The notes below the pieces were generated by a model. That model made no database searches, was not told the origin of the DNA, and saw only the letters and a program-made list of their open reading frames with translations. This document shows positions 11,511-23,695 of a stretch of DNA of 64,000 bases, piece by piece (position 1 is the stretch's first letter; each line of letters begins with the position of its first letter). Both the position numbers and the translations under genes were made by a program. The stretch is taken from assembly GCA_028534125.1 (NCBI GenBank), contig CM052831.1:496001-560000 (forward strand). Reading direction: 5' to 3'. Origin of the DNA: Lama glama (taxonomy: Eukaryota).

Positions 11511-14387
11511 CTCTCTGGGCGAGGCCTGGCCTCTGACTCACCTGCTGCCTGTTCTTGGGCGTCCCTGTCGCAGATGGACAAGGTGGAGCCTCACTGGGCA
11601 GGACATGGGGACGGGCGGTGTCTGTCCTGTCACTGTGACAGCGAGCGCGGGCACCCGGAGGTTCTGGGAGGCGGTGTCGGACTGGCCAGTGGCAGCAGCT
11701 TGGAAACCAGAGATAGCCCAGAGAGGGCCCCTGACTCGCGCTGGGAGACTGTGTGTGACAGCCAAGGGGAGGCAGCTGCCCGCCTGTACTATCCCGAGAC
11801 ATCAGAGGGACATGGCCCTGTCACTGTGCTGGGCGGCCCTCCCCACGCCGGGCTCGAGCAGAGGGGCCACTTTCCCTGCATCCCCGCCTGTCCTCCAGGC
11901 TTCTCCGGGAGGGTCTCCTCATGGTCTGTTCTTGGCCAGCTGGGGGCAGGGACACATCCCTCCCAGACTGGTCCCCAGGCCCTGCTCCATCGCCAGGGTC
12001 GCCGTCCGCAGAGGCAGTCGGGGAGGGCCTGGTTGCATTTGCTCATTACCTCCCTGCCCCTTAGGTTTTTTTAAGTCATGGTTTCTCTTTAAAGAGGGGC
12101 CTGGGGGGTGCTGATCTGGGCCTCTCTCTCCTGAGGCTGCTGCAGAGGGTGGGTGCCACATGGTTTGCCTCCCCGGGCAGCCCCGCCCTCTGGAGGTGCC
12201 TGGGGCTCCATCCTGTGAGCTTCCACTCCGCTCCCAGGACCTCAGACTCCGTGGACAGGAGCCCAGCGCTGCCGTCTGCTCTGCAGTCCGCCCTCCCAGA
12301 GCTGGCTCTGTGTCTGGGGAGCGGGCTGCTGGACCCTGTGCTGGTCGCTGCAGCCCCAGGTGAATGTCACCCTCCCAGGCAGGGGCCCGGGGACTTCCTG
12401 GGACGTTTGTGGGGTCCGGGTGGCTCTGCAGGGTGAGCGGAGGCCTGGGGTGCCAAGCTGAGGGAGGGGCACCTGTGCTGCGCAGAAACAGGTTTAGGGG
12501 GGTGGTGAGGCTCGGAGGCGACTGGGAGGGAGGGCGGCCTGGTCCCAAATGTGAAAAGCCCTCGTGCCGGCGAAGAACTTGGAGTTTGGAATTCATCCCA
12601 CAGGCGGGGCGAGCCACAGAAAGCGTCTGAGCAGGAGCTGATAAGATCAGATGGGTGTCTTCGAAGGAGAACTGGCAGTGTCTGGGAGGTGAACCGCTCA
12701 CGGTTCTGAGGCAGAGGAGGGGCCCGCTGGGGAACTGCCCACCGCCTGCAGCGACGCACCCAGGGGCTCACCCCCCCCCAACAGACGCGCTGGGCTTGCC
12801 CCCCCACCAACATGCAAGGCCAGTCGGGGGAGCAACAGATAAGTGCCGTGAGGGGACAGGCTAGGAAAGCGGGACAAGGGGCCGTCCCAGACCCCGGAGC
12901 CGGCCAGAGGGGTGAGAAGGGGCTCCACAGACGCCGGGCTTGGGCGCCAGGCGGGGGGCCGGGTCCACCCAGAAGAAGGGAGGCCCCTGACCAAGGCAGG
13001 TGAGCAGGGGTGCTGGGGTGGGGGTCGTCCCCTGCCCCAGTGCTGCGGGGGACAAGGGGCTCCATGAGGTGGGGGGCTGTCCGAGGACCACAGGCGGTGG
13101 GCCCAGCCTGCTCTGCTGGGTTTGAAGAGCCTGGAGCCTGTGTCCCCTGCTGACCACCCGCCGCGGCCTTCTTCCTGCTCACTGTCCCTGACCCAGGAAG
13201 CTGGCCTCAGAGCCGGTGGTCCGCGAGCCCATCCCTCGACAGAGACCAATGGCACTTGGTTCCCTGCTCACTTCAGAATGCAGCCACCGTCCCCAGAGGC
13301 CCTGCCTTGTGCCAAGTTTGCTCTCTCTGGAGGGTCACGTTCACCTTGGCTCTGGGAGGGGGTACCGTCACAGTGGAGGGTCTCCGTTTTCAGTTGGGGA
13401 ACAGGCTCCCACTGACTGGCCTCCTCATCGGGTTTACTCTTCCGAGTCCGGCGCCTCCCAGATCTGCTTCCCGAGAGGAGGCCTTGCTCAGAGTCCTGCG
13501 GAGGCCCCGTCAGGCCGGGCCTCTGTCCCCCTGCAGTGAGCCTCGAGAAGGTCAAGAGGGGCAGCGCCGCAGGGCCCCTCCCGTCCAGTCCCAGAGATGC
13601 GCACTGCCCGACCCTCGGCGCCAGGGCTCGAGGGCTGCGGGCCGGGGTGGGGTTCCAGGAAGGAAGTCTGCGGCCTCTGAGCTCCTTCACGTAGAGTTAG
13701 TGCTCACGTGTGGCATCCCGACCGTCTCCAGACCACGAGGAGGGCACCTGTGTGGGAGGCTGGGGATCTGAAGGGTTGGGGTCTCCACCCTTCACCCAGC
13801 AGCTCTGACCTGCAGCAGCAGGGGGCCTGCCCGAAGGGTCCACCTCCAGAGGACGGTGTGCGTGGTCCGGGCTGGACACACGCGGCCCTGGGTGTTCCCT
13901 CGTGCCCCCCAGCACGTCTTCCTGCACACACGTGCACGTGCTCGCACACACGACACACGGCCCCGGCTGGCTGCTGCGTGCCGTGGCGGGGTGCAGGGGT
14001 CCTCCGGTCAGTGGGTTGGGGGGACCGTCTCTCTAGGCTCCGAGTCTGGGAGCAGGTAGGTTGAGCGCACAGAAGTTGGATGCTGGAATGAAGACGTCCT
14101 CGGATCTCTTTCTAGACTTCTCTGGGGCCAGCCCCGCACGTTTTAAATACGTATAAAACATGTGGCTGCAGTTATTTAAAATACTAAATACCCAGCGGAG
14201 CAAGTTCCCCCACCTCGGTGACCTTTTTCCAGTTTGTTTTTTCAGATGAATGTAGAACGCCTTCGGCGAGCTTGCCCTCCCCCACGCCTCGCTGGACAAA
14301 CGGAAGAGAGGACGATCTGTTGCTCTTCTCTGGGATGAGTGTGTCCTCTGGGTGCCATCAGTCCTCTCAGGTTGCCACCCGTGCTGG

Positions 14388-14920
14388 GTTTTATTTTGTT
14401 TTATTTTGAAATAATTTCAAACGCACAGAAAGGTCACAAGAACGAGCGAGAAGCTCTCGTATCTTTGTCACCCAGGCCCCGACCGGTCAGGTGCCCCCGA
14501 GTCTGTGTCCCCACCCCTCCCTGCTTCTGGCACAGTGACCTGTGGCCCCTAAGGACTCGAGTCCACCGGGCACCCCCCCAGGACTGTCCCGCGTGACCGC
14601 ACACGGCCCTTCCGGCCAGGAGACCCGCGCTGGCCCCGCCCCGCCCCGCCTCAGCCCCCGCGCCCGGCCTGCACCTCTTTCCTTTCTGCCCGGTGCTCGT
14701 CGTGCTGCGCCCTGTGGCCGGCAGTCTCCTTCCTGTGGGCAGTTCCTGGGTCTTTGTCTCTTGTGGCCTTGACAGCCTTCAAGGGGACAGGCCTCGTCAG
14801 GCTGGGTCCCCTAGCTGAGCTGTCCTCTGGTCTGTGTGTGCGTGTGTGTGTGGTGATGGTCCCAGGGAGAAAGCCTGTCACCCGACGAGCAGCCCATTTG
14901 CGTTTCGTTTCCTGGGGAGC
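14388..14920 (-). mobile_element. Old L1M (MC/MD/ME-like) 3' end, antisense
   Basis: ttttattttgaaataatttcaaacgcacagaaaggtcacaagaa...tcacccag resembles the antisense 3' terminus of L1MC/MD-type elements. The right boundary is uncertain. Confidence 0.55.
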
Positions 14921-17900
14921 AGAGCCCTGCGGGCCTGGGCTCCTGAACAGCTGCCTCCTGCTGGGGTGGGGGTGGGCTCAGCGAGTGGCCCCGCGGGGCA
15001 GGCTGGCAGACGGCCGGCCTGTGGGCCCCTCCCGCTGGGCTGAGTGGCCCGTGGTCAGTTCACCAAGTCCTCTGTAAGCAGCGGGTCCGCCCAGCACCTC
15101 AGCCCTGGCCGTGGTTACAGCAGCGCCTGTCCCGCTCGCAGCCGGGCTGGACCTGACGAAGACGGACGAGCGGCTCTCGGGACGCTCCCCCGCAGCCGTA
15201 ATAAAAAGCCTGCTCGCAGGTTCACCCACTGCCGGCTTGTCTCTGAAATTAAGTGCCAGGCAGACGTCTAATAGCCCGGTTCCACACCAGGCCAATATTA
15301 TCAGATTGATGTCAGCAGTGATAACAGGAGCCGGATAAGTTGATGAGATTTCGTTTATTAAATAAGAGAGCTTGCAGAGGACGCCGCACGCGGGCGGATG
15401 GGCAGCTGGGCTTGTGCCCGAGACCCCGTCCCTGGGAGCTGGGGGCAGGGCGGGGAGGGGGCTTCGCTGGAGGGGGCCCGGCCCGCCCTCCCTCTGGCCC
15501 GCCTTCCCGCTCGGCCACGCGGCCCCTCCTCCGCGGTCACTGGCCAGGCGTCAGACGGGCCCGGCAGGCCTGACCTCCAGGCATCTTTGCTGCCTCTCCG
15601 TGCCCTTGGCCGTTTCTCCCTTGGAGGTTCTGGGACTTCCCACAGTTGGAGGAGCAGCGTGGAGGGCCAGTGCTGTGGGGCCAGACCACCAGGCCCTGAC
15701 GTCCCTCCGCCTCACAGCCAGCCTGGGGCTGGCGGGCCCGCCGGCAGAACCACCGCTATGCTGGGTCGGGCCAGCGGGTGCTGGTCCTCAGAGCCCTCCT
15801 AAGCCGTGTACCGAGGTCGGGGCACCTGTCACCCCCTCCCGTGGGAGCTCCCCAGGCCCAAGTGAGCCCGGTCGGGGGCTCAGTCCTCCCTTACGCGGGT
15901 GGAGGTTAGACGCTGCGCTGACCGCAGGCCTGGACGCGGCCGGCGAGCCAAGGAGCCATCTGTCGGAAGGCGACTGGTTTGTCTGCTTCCCGCTCGCTTC
16001 CGCCAGGTCAGAACCCTGTCTGCTCCCGCCACTTTCCTGCGTGGCTGACTGTCGCCTTTCCCAGGACATGGGTTTGTAGCCTTTTCAGAAGGATGAGTGT
16101 GTTTCGGTGGGGAAGGTGGATGAAAGGAGAGAGAAAGGCTGGCAGGAGAGACCACCCAGGCTGGGGGGAGGAGCTGCGCCGAGGGCCGCGGTGGGGGGGG
16201 CTTGGCCCTGCAGAAGGACCCCCCTGGCGGAGGAGGTGGGGTGTGAGAAGTGGGGATGCTGAGGAGGTGTGTCCATGCCCGCAGGGCGCTGTTGGCCCCC
16301 GGGGCGCGGGGGGAGGCAGACCCCAGACTGTGGAGGGGGTGGCTCCGGGCCATCAGGAGAGCCGGGCCCCCAGAGGCCTGGGGACTAGAGAAGGAGAAGG
16401 AGGGGGCCCTTCTGGAAGCTTCTGTGGCCGTGAGGAGGCCTCGGGGGTCTGCTCTGGGAACACCCAGAAGTGGAGCGGGGCGGGGCTGGTGCAGACCAGG
16501 CAGGAGTCGGGGGGGGGGGGGTGTGGTGCGGCCTCTACAGACCTGAGCCAGAAGCCCAGGAGCATCTGAGGGACACTGAAGGCCTCAAGGATGGAGGGTG
16601 GAGGAGGCAGCAAGAGGAGGGGTGGCCTCGAGAGCCGCCCAGTTCGGGGTCAGCTGGTCACAGGGATGCAGGGGGTGCCTGAGCTGCCTAGGGTTGGGGC
16701 GGGGACGACGTCAGTTTCCAGTAAGGCTGGAGAGAGTCGGGATCGGTATAGCTGGAAAGTAAGACGTCCAGAACGAAGGCGGGGGTACGTCCAGAGTGAC
16801 CCCAGCTCTCTGACTGGGGTCGCCTGGGGTGACCTCCACTCCCCAGGACTGAAACTGGGAGGGAAGTGGGCCCCTCGGTGCTAGGTGGGGACTTCGGTGA
16901 GGAAGCGGCAGATTGGGGGTAACATCCTAGAATGTGAGGCTCAGGGACCATGGGATTCCAGGTCCTGAGCCCAGGAGTGCGTGTTGTTGGGGTCTGGGGG
17001 TTGGCCGTGGGGGTTCTGGGTCGCAGGAGCCCACAGTCTGTGGGGCAAAGGGAAGGTGTGAGGGCCTGTGCGTGCGCGTAGGGAGGGCTGAGTGCAGAGA
17101 ACAGACTGCACCAGTCGCTCCCAGCTGCTCTGAGGCCTGGCCCTCCTCTCCTCTGACCTCAAACACATAACAGAAAGTGGCCAAGCCCGAGCCCCAGCCT
17201 GGTGTGTCTGCCCCCAGACCTGTGTGCTGCCCACTGGCGCGCAGGGCTGGCTCGGGGGTCTGCTTGCTCCATGGAGCAGGGACGCCGCAATGGGTGCCTT
17301 CAGGCTCTGGGAAAGAGACAGCCTCGAGGCCTGAGGAGCCCTAGACAGTGTGGAGTGACCTGGAAACACAGGTCAGAGGGGGACGGAAGGGCAGATGGGC
17401 CTGCCTTCCAGCCACGTCTGCGGCCTGAAGCCTCCTGTTGCAGCGCTTGTCCAGCAAGACTTCAGGGGCAGCGCCTCCCCCAGCTCTCCTCCCACCCTAC
17501 CACCCTGCCCACCCCGGTCCTCATGCTCCAGTCTGGCTGTCTCAGCCCAGTGTGCCGGGGGCGTCGGGGCTGGCGAGGGGGCCACTTCTGGCGGGGCGAT
17601 AGCCCTGAACCACCCAGACCCAGCTCCTAATGCACAGGGGCATGTGGCCGCAAAGCCCCTCGGACGGAGGGTGGGTCTTGCCTGGGCCCCGGGAAGGTTG
17701 CCGTGGGGATGTCCTCTGTGTGTCTGCAGGGCAGCTGTCCCCCAGGCTGAACAGTACCCAGCTGCTGGGCGGCAGGGCTGGGCGGCAGGGCTGGGAGGCG
17801 GGGCTGTGCCCGGTAGGGTGCGCGGCTCTCCTGTGCTGGGACCCGCCCCGCCCGGCTGGCTCCAGGAGATCTGTGCTCTCTGGGTCCCATGCGTTCACCG

Positions 17901-19103
17901 TCGTTTTACAGGCAAACGGGTGACATTTCTTCCAGTTGACGCTTGCCCACCATCTTGTCTCCTCGTATTGCTGCTGACAAGTCCCAGAGCAGAGAGGCCT
18001 TGGGCCCGGAGTGACCCTGCTGTGAGGGGGCCACTGGGGGTTCTGCAAGGCCGGCCATCAGGATGCCTGCGGCCCTGGCGGGAACCTGAAGACAGAGGAG
18101 GAAGGGGGCAGGACGAGGCTGCCCGTTTACACCTGGAGGCGTGTCTGTCCCGCCTTGGTCCAGCTCCAGGACTCGGGCCTGTCCTCACGAGACCTGTGAG
18201 CCCTGACGGTCCTGCTGCCACCGAGCCCCCCACTGGCCATACCCGGGGGGTCGTGTGGGTTGGGAGCTGTTCACAGGGTTCAGGGACAGGGGTGGGGGCA
18301 CAGGAGGCCTGATGTGAAAGGACAGCCGCGCACAGGCTCGCGGCCAAGGGAGGTGCTGGCTGGAGGGCGCGGTGAAGCACACTGGGCCCCGGGGAGAGTG
18401 GCAGAGATGCCTGTCCGAGGGCCGGCTGTCCTTCCTGGAGTAAACCGTTTAAAAGACCCACGACTGGACTTCGTTTTAGATTACAGCATCACTGCATTTT
18501 CCCCCACGTGTTTTTCTGACCCTGTTTCCCCCACAGTCTCGTTTGGAACAGGGTGGATGAGGCAAGCGTAAGCTAATCCAGGTGATACCAGTCAGAACAA
18601 GGGAGCACAGTACGGTGTTTTGGGGTGATCTCTGGACACGAGATGAGCCCTTGCCGCTGTCCTCTGATACCAAGCGACGTATCCACTGCCAAGTAAACCT
18701 GAAAGAAAATGAAATACTCCTTGAGTAGTTCCAGTAAAACTGGGTTGGAATTTTGACGTGGAATTGTGTCCACATCAAAAAGTCTTCAGCTCGGAAGCGG
18801 AGGCGTTCTGCAAGTACTGGGGTTGGGGGAGGCCATCACCGCACCGTGATGGCAGATGGCGCCCAGTGAGGGGACCCCAGGTCCCTAGAGGTAAGGGCTG
18901 AGCCCAGGAGCCATCTGTCCTGTGCTGAGGAAAGACCCCCATGTTCTCCTCCAGTGAGAACTCTCTGAGTCCTCTTCCTCACTGCACAGACACCAGCAGA
19001 ATTGGGTTTTGAGGCTGGAGCCCCCAGTGCTATAGGGCTGGCCGTGCCCTGGCTTGCATCCTCAGCACACGGTGGAATCCCACGTGCTGGGCGGAGCAGG
19101 AAG

Positions 19104-19535
19104 CGTGTGCACATGAGAGAGTGTGCACCTGTGAATGTGTGCACCTGTGCACACACCTGTGAATGCATGCACCTGTGAGAGTGTGCATGTGAGTGTGCAC
19201 CTGTGAGAGTGCACGAGTGTGCACTTGTGAGTGTGTGCACATGTGCACACACCTGTGAGAGTGTGCATGCGAGAGAATGCACTTGTGAGTGTGTGCACAT
19301 GTGAGTGTGCACTTGAGCGTGCACGCGAGAGTGCATTTGTAGGTGTGCACCTGTGAGAGTGCATGAGTGTGCACTTGTGAGTGTGCACTTGTGAGTGCAC
19401 TTGTGCACGCACCTGCGAATGTATGCATGCACCTGTGAGAGTGTGCATGTGAGAGAGTGCACTTGTGAGTGTGTGCACCTGTGAGTGTGCATGTGTGAGT
19501 CTGAGAGGGTGAGTGTTCAGGAGAGCGTGTGTGAG
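19104..19535. repeat. TG-rich minisatellite-like array (units such as gtgcacctgtgagagt / gtgcacttgtgagt)
   Basis: About 430 nt of reiterated 12-16 nt variants. Confidence 0.9.
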
Positions 19536-20071
19536 ACAGAAAGGCAAGGGTGGAGGGGCCTCAGGAAGGAGACCTTTGAGAATAACATTTATTTCACTTT
19601 TTTGGTATTTGCTTCATATTTTTAAAAAGAGAATGTAATCTTTTTTCAGATGAATATGTTTAGAGCCTAAGTTTAGGCGTTAAGCCTACTTTGATAAACG
19701 AAGAGAGAAAAAATAGTAATTGCGTCCAGAACGCTGGAGTGATTGTCTCTAGGAAGTACGGTTTTGAAACCTTAGTTCTTCCTTAGGCATCCTGTGGCTT
19801 TCCAGTTCTCCTCCCCGTGCACGTACTAGCTTTGAGGTCAGAAAGACAGCTTCGTCAGAGAAGCCAGCCGCCTGTGCGTGATCCCGTGGTCACAGTGGCC
19901 CACGCCTGCGCTGGAGGCCGTGGCGGGGCAGGGTCCCCAGCTGGCCTTCTCTCCGAGGGGGTCTGGATGCTGGGGACTGCAGGGGCCCCCCACGCCTGGC
20001 CCATGGTTCTCAGTGGGCCATCCCCTCCCTGCCCGCTGGGCCACCACAGGCCTCCTCTCTCTGTCCTGCAG

Positions 20072-20207
20072 GCCCCGCAGGCTGGAGCCCGTGTGCTCGG
20101 GGCTGCAGGCCCAGATTCTCCACTGCTACCGAGACCACCTGCAGGAGGTGCTCCTGTGCGCAGACCTAGTCAAAGCCTACCAGCACTGCGTGAGCACCGC
20201 CCACAAG
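20072..20207 (+). CDS. CHCHD6: CHCHD6 penultimate exon encoding the CHCH domain (twin CX9C): [45 protein letters not shown]
   Basis: Acceptor ctctctctgtcctgcag|G and donor AAG|gtaagg; 136 nt. The C-X9-C-X10-C-X9-C spacing is visible and the sequence matches the MIC25 C-terminus. Confidence 0.96.
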
Positions 20208-21579
20208 GTAAGGCCAGCTCCCCTGGCCGCCCACCGGGCAGCTGGCGCCTCTGCCCACTGGCCCGCCAAGCCAGCATCCTGACCTCCCGCCCACCATGTC
20301 CACGGCTGGCCCCTGAGTGCTCCAGGCATCTGCGTGGGGAAGGGGGTGTGGGCGCAGCCTGCTAGGCTGGGTCCAGGAGCTGTGCTGGGTATAGTCAGGC
20401 CCCACTGTTCAGAGGTGGCCACCCAGCCCTTACCTCTGGGCTGTTGGGCGGGGGATGCATGTGCAGGCTGGGGTCGTGGAGAGGGCTGGGCCACCCAGTA
20501 GAAGGGGGCAGAGCCCTGCTCGAGAGGGCAGCTCTGCACCCACCCAGCTCCTGTGCTGGCCCAACTGACGGGACCAGCCTCTGGGGAGTGGGCGGGCGAT
20601 GGTGGCCCCAGGTCCCGTGCACTCCTCAGCCGGCATCAGGGGCTCTCCAGGCTATTGTGTCATCTGGGGTGCAGTGGCCCTGCCCTGAGACCTGGCCTCC
20701 CTCCAGTCCCTCCCTGCCGGCTCCCCCAGCTCCCAGCCTCCGCCCCCAGGCACCTCCTCACTCTGGGCAGCTTGGGCTCACCAGATGGCTGGTATGTTTG
20801 TTGGAAGAGCTGCGGGGCACGGCCTTCCTCCCTGGGACAAGCCTCTGTTGCCAAGTAGGAGACAGGCGGGTCTGGATCGCTTCTGCGCACAGCCCGCCTG
20901 CCCACACCACCCTGGGCTCCACAGGGACCAGCTGGGCCTGGAGCCTGGGGAGGAGGTCAGGTGTCCTCTGCGAGCTGCAGCCAGTGCAGGGGAGGCACCC
21001 GCGGGCCCCTCGTCCTCGCCTAGGGAGGCTCCAGTCTTAGAGACCCCCCGGAGCGATTCACTCCTGCAAGCGGCCAGGTGGCCGGGACCATCCCTGGCAC
21101 CAGGGAGCCAGCCTAGGACTCAGGCCACCTGATCCAGGGCGGAACCTCCCCGGCTGCTAGACGAGCTCAGCCCAGCGTGGTGGTCGCCAGGAAGCGCGCT
21201 GGCGTGTGGACATGCTGGTGCCTTGGGTGCAGGCCCTGCGGGCAGCCAGAGGGCGTGAGAGCGCTCACCTGAGCACGTGCTGGGGGAGGGTCACAGGAAA
21301 TCTGTGCGGTTAAGGCGAGAACAAGAGGGACCCCCCAGGGCAGAGGAGGACTGGCCAGCACCGTCTGTACGTGGGGCGGGCGGGAGGTCGGTGGAGGAGG
21401 GGCCATGTCAGCTAGGGGCCGCAGGCACGTGCGTGTGGGCACTGGGCTTGGAGGGGAGGAGGCCCAGTCCCAGGCTGCAGGGACCAGCTGGGTGGGGGGT
21501 GCGTGTCCATTTAGCGGTCGCCCCCATGGAGCAATACCTGGAGGGGACGCCAGCGACTGACCTCTATTCTCCCTCGCAG

Positions 21580-21585
21580 GGCTGA
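21580..21585 (+). CDS. CHCHD6: CHCHD6 terminal exon, coding part (Gly-stop)
   Basis: Branch-point-like ctgac and a pyrimidine tract, ctctattctccctcgcag|GGC TGA. Completes the known ...AHKG* C-terminus. Confidence 0.88.
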   Translation, partial: G

Positions 21586-21770
21586 CAAGCAGCCTCACTC
21601 CTGGCCTGGCAGTGACTTGGAGCCCTGATGAGGGGACCCATGTGGGACCATAACCCACAGACCCCTGGGCCACAGCCTGTCCTGCTGGGCGCCTCTGCTG
21701 CCCCTGTGCTTGAGAAACTGTGTATGCACCTGTCCACGGACAAATAAAGCATTTGTCTTTGTTTTCTCTC
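21586..21770 (+). other. CHCHD6: CHCHD6 3' UTR (end approximate)
   Basis: Lies between the stop codon and the AATAAA/GU-rich element. Confidence 0.75.
21743..21768 (+). terminator. CHCHD6: CHCHD6 polyadenylation signal
   Basis: AATAAA at 21743-21748 followed by the T/GT-rich ttgtctttgttttctctc, about 160 nt after the stop. Confidence 0.8.
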
Positions 21771-23449
21771 ACTCCATGTGCAGCCCTGCACTGGCCCCAA
21801 GATCAGACAGGCTGCTGCCCTGGGGAGCATCCAGCTGGTGGGGGGGTGGGCATCCAGCAAAGGGCCACCCAGAGCTGGAGGAGGTGGGCAGATGGGGAAG
21901 GTTCCTCACTGGGACACAGCAGGAGAGCAGGCCAGCTTCCGGATGGACGGGGCTGAGCTATGAGTCCAAAGCTGGATGGATGGCAGCGGGGCAGCCGGAG
22001 GCTGGGAGAGCAGAACCCCAGATGGGAGCCGGGGGTGCCCGGAGAGGGCACAGACTGTGCACAGCTGGGCGTTTGCAGAGAGCAGGCAAAGCAGGGGTCG
22101 GCGGGGCGAGGGCAGAGGCCAGGCTGATGCTCCTGGCTCTCTCCATTGGCTCAGCCTATTCCTGGGCATCCTGGGGCCAGAACCAAGCTTCCCTGGGCTG
22201 GGTGCCCCCATCTCCTACCACGGACGTAGGGCTATGTTGGGTGGACTTTGTTGGAGTCAGGTGCATGCGCTCAGGGTGTGGCTCTGTGTGCACGTGTGTG
22301 TGCACGTGTACTCAGCAGTCCTACACGTGGGCCTGGTCCCCAGGCCCCCGATGTGGTCGTACGTGGTACGAAGCCAGCTGGAGAGAACATGGCACGAGCG
22401 AGGGTTGTGTCCAGCGGGCCTGGACCCCGAGGCAGCCCAGGACCCGGCCGTGTGACTGTCAGGAGGGAGGGTTAGTCCGCAGCCCACCCAGCTGCTGGGG
22501 GATTAAACGTGATGACGTTGGCTGTGGCGTCCAGGCTCCAACCAGGAGCCTGAAAGCACCGGTTATTTAAACAGAGGGAACTGGGTGCAGGGAGTCGGTC
22601 CCAGAGGAGGTGGAGGAGCTGAGAACCCAAGTTCGATGGTGTGATGGCCCAGAAGGCAGCCCGTCACCCAGGGCTGGAGGGATGGCGGAAAGAGGCAGGT
22701 TCCTGGGGGACGCTGGCACCATAGTGGCCCTGCTCAGGGGCTGGGGTCCCGGGGACACCGCCGCTGCAAGAGGCAGCCTCTCCCTCCCCCTGCCCCACCT
22801 AACCTCCGTCTCCCATTGTCTGAAACCAGCAGGACTGGAGGGCAGGTGGCCCTGGAGCTGCCCCCGCAGTGGAGGCTGCACCCGGGCCCAGCACCGTGGG
22901 CAGGTCCCTGGAGACCCGTGGGGTGCAGCTCATGGAGACAGACCCACGGTTAGCACACGCGTGGCGCTCTCCACGCCCTCTGGGGTAGTTACTGCCGCTA
23001 CTGCCCCCAGGTTACAGACGAAACCGGGACGTGTGCGGGTTCTCTGTCCTGGGCTGTTGTCTGGCCTCTGCGGTCTCTGGTGCCTGCGGGCAGCCTGGTG
23101 CAGGGTTCAGAGCCACGTCGGAGCCACAGGGGCGAGACCGAGCCCCGCGCGGCGCCTCCAGCTCCCTCATTTGTAGGGGAAGACCGTCCCAGGTGCATCT
23201 CCTGGGGAGCAAGGGTCGTGCGACACGGCTGGGCTCAGCAGGCGTGAGAGCAGGGGGCCCGCCCCCAGCCCCTCCCGGCCAGCAGGACAGCTCACTTTGG
23301 GGTTGCGGCAAGGCCCCAGGGGTAAGTCCACGGCTGCAGCCAGAGAGGGCATCTGCAGCGGGCAGAGACTCAGTTGCACAGCACTTGGAGTGACAGGCCA
23401 CTCTGGAGACACGGCCGACGCCCAACCACAGGGACGCCCCGTCCACCCT

Positions 23450-23695
23450 CCCCACAGCCACAGGCAGCAGTGAATTGTGTGGAGATCGTGAATCCAATTA
23501 AAAAGTGTGAGCTGTCTCTGGATGAAGAAATACCACCGTTACACAAGCGAAAACACAAAAGAACCCGGGCAGAGGGCTGCACACCGACGTTCAGTGCTTT
23601 TCTCTCAGGGGTAGAATGACGGTGAGTTTTGTCTTGCTTTCTATAATTAACTGTATTTTCTCTTCTTCTAAACTGACCAGAACATTTTTAGTAGC
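23450..23695 (+). mobile_element. Probable L1ME-like 3' fragment
   Basis: A-rich then T-rich segment (tctctcaggggtagaatgacggtgagttttgtcttgctttctataattaactgtattttct) typical of L1ME tails. Confidence 0.4.

Noticed and set aside
19104-19535. Repeat array as a possible CRISPR-like repeat-spacer structure
   Set aside because: There are no unique spacers or fixed-length repeat, and the context is a eukaryotic intron.
18836-19547. His/Thr/Cys-rich repetitive ORFs (also at 11081-11802 and 8446-8769)
   Set aside because: Translations of TG/CA simple repeats, not metal-binding proteins.
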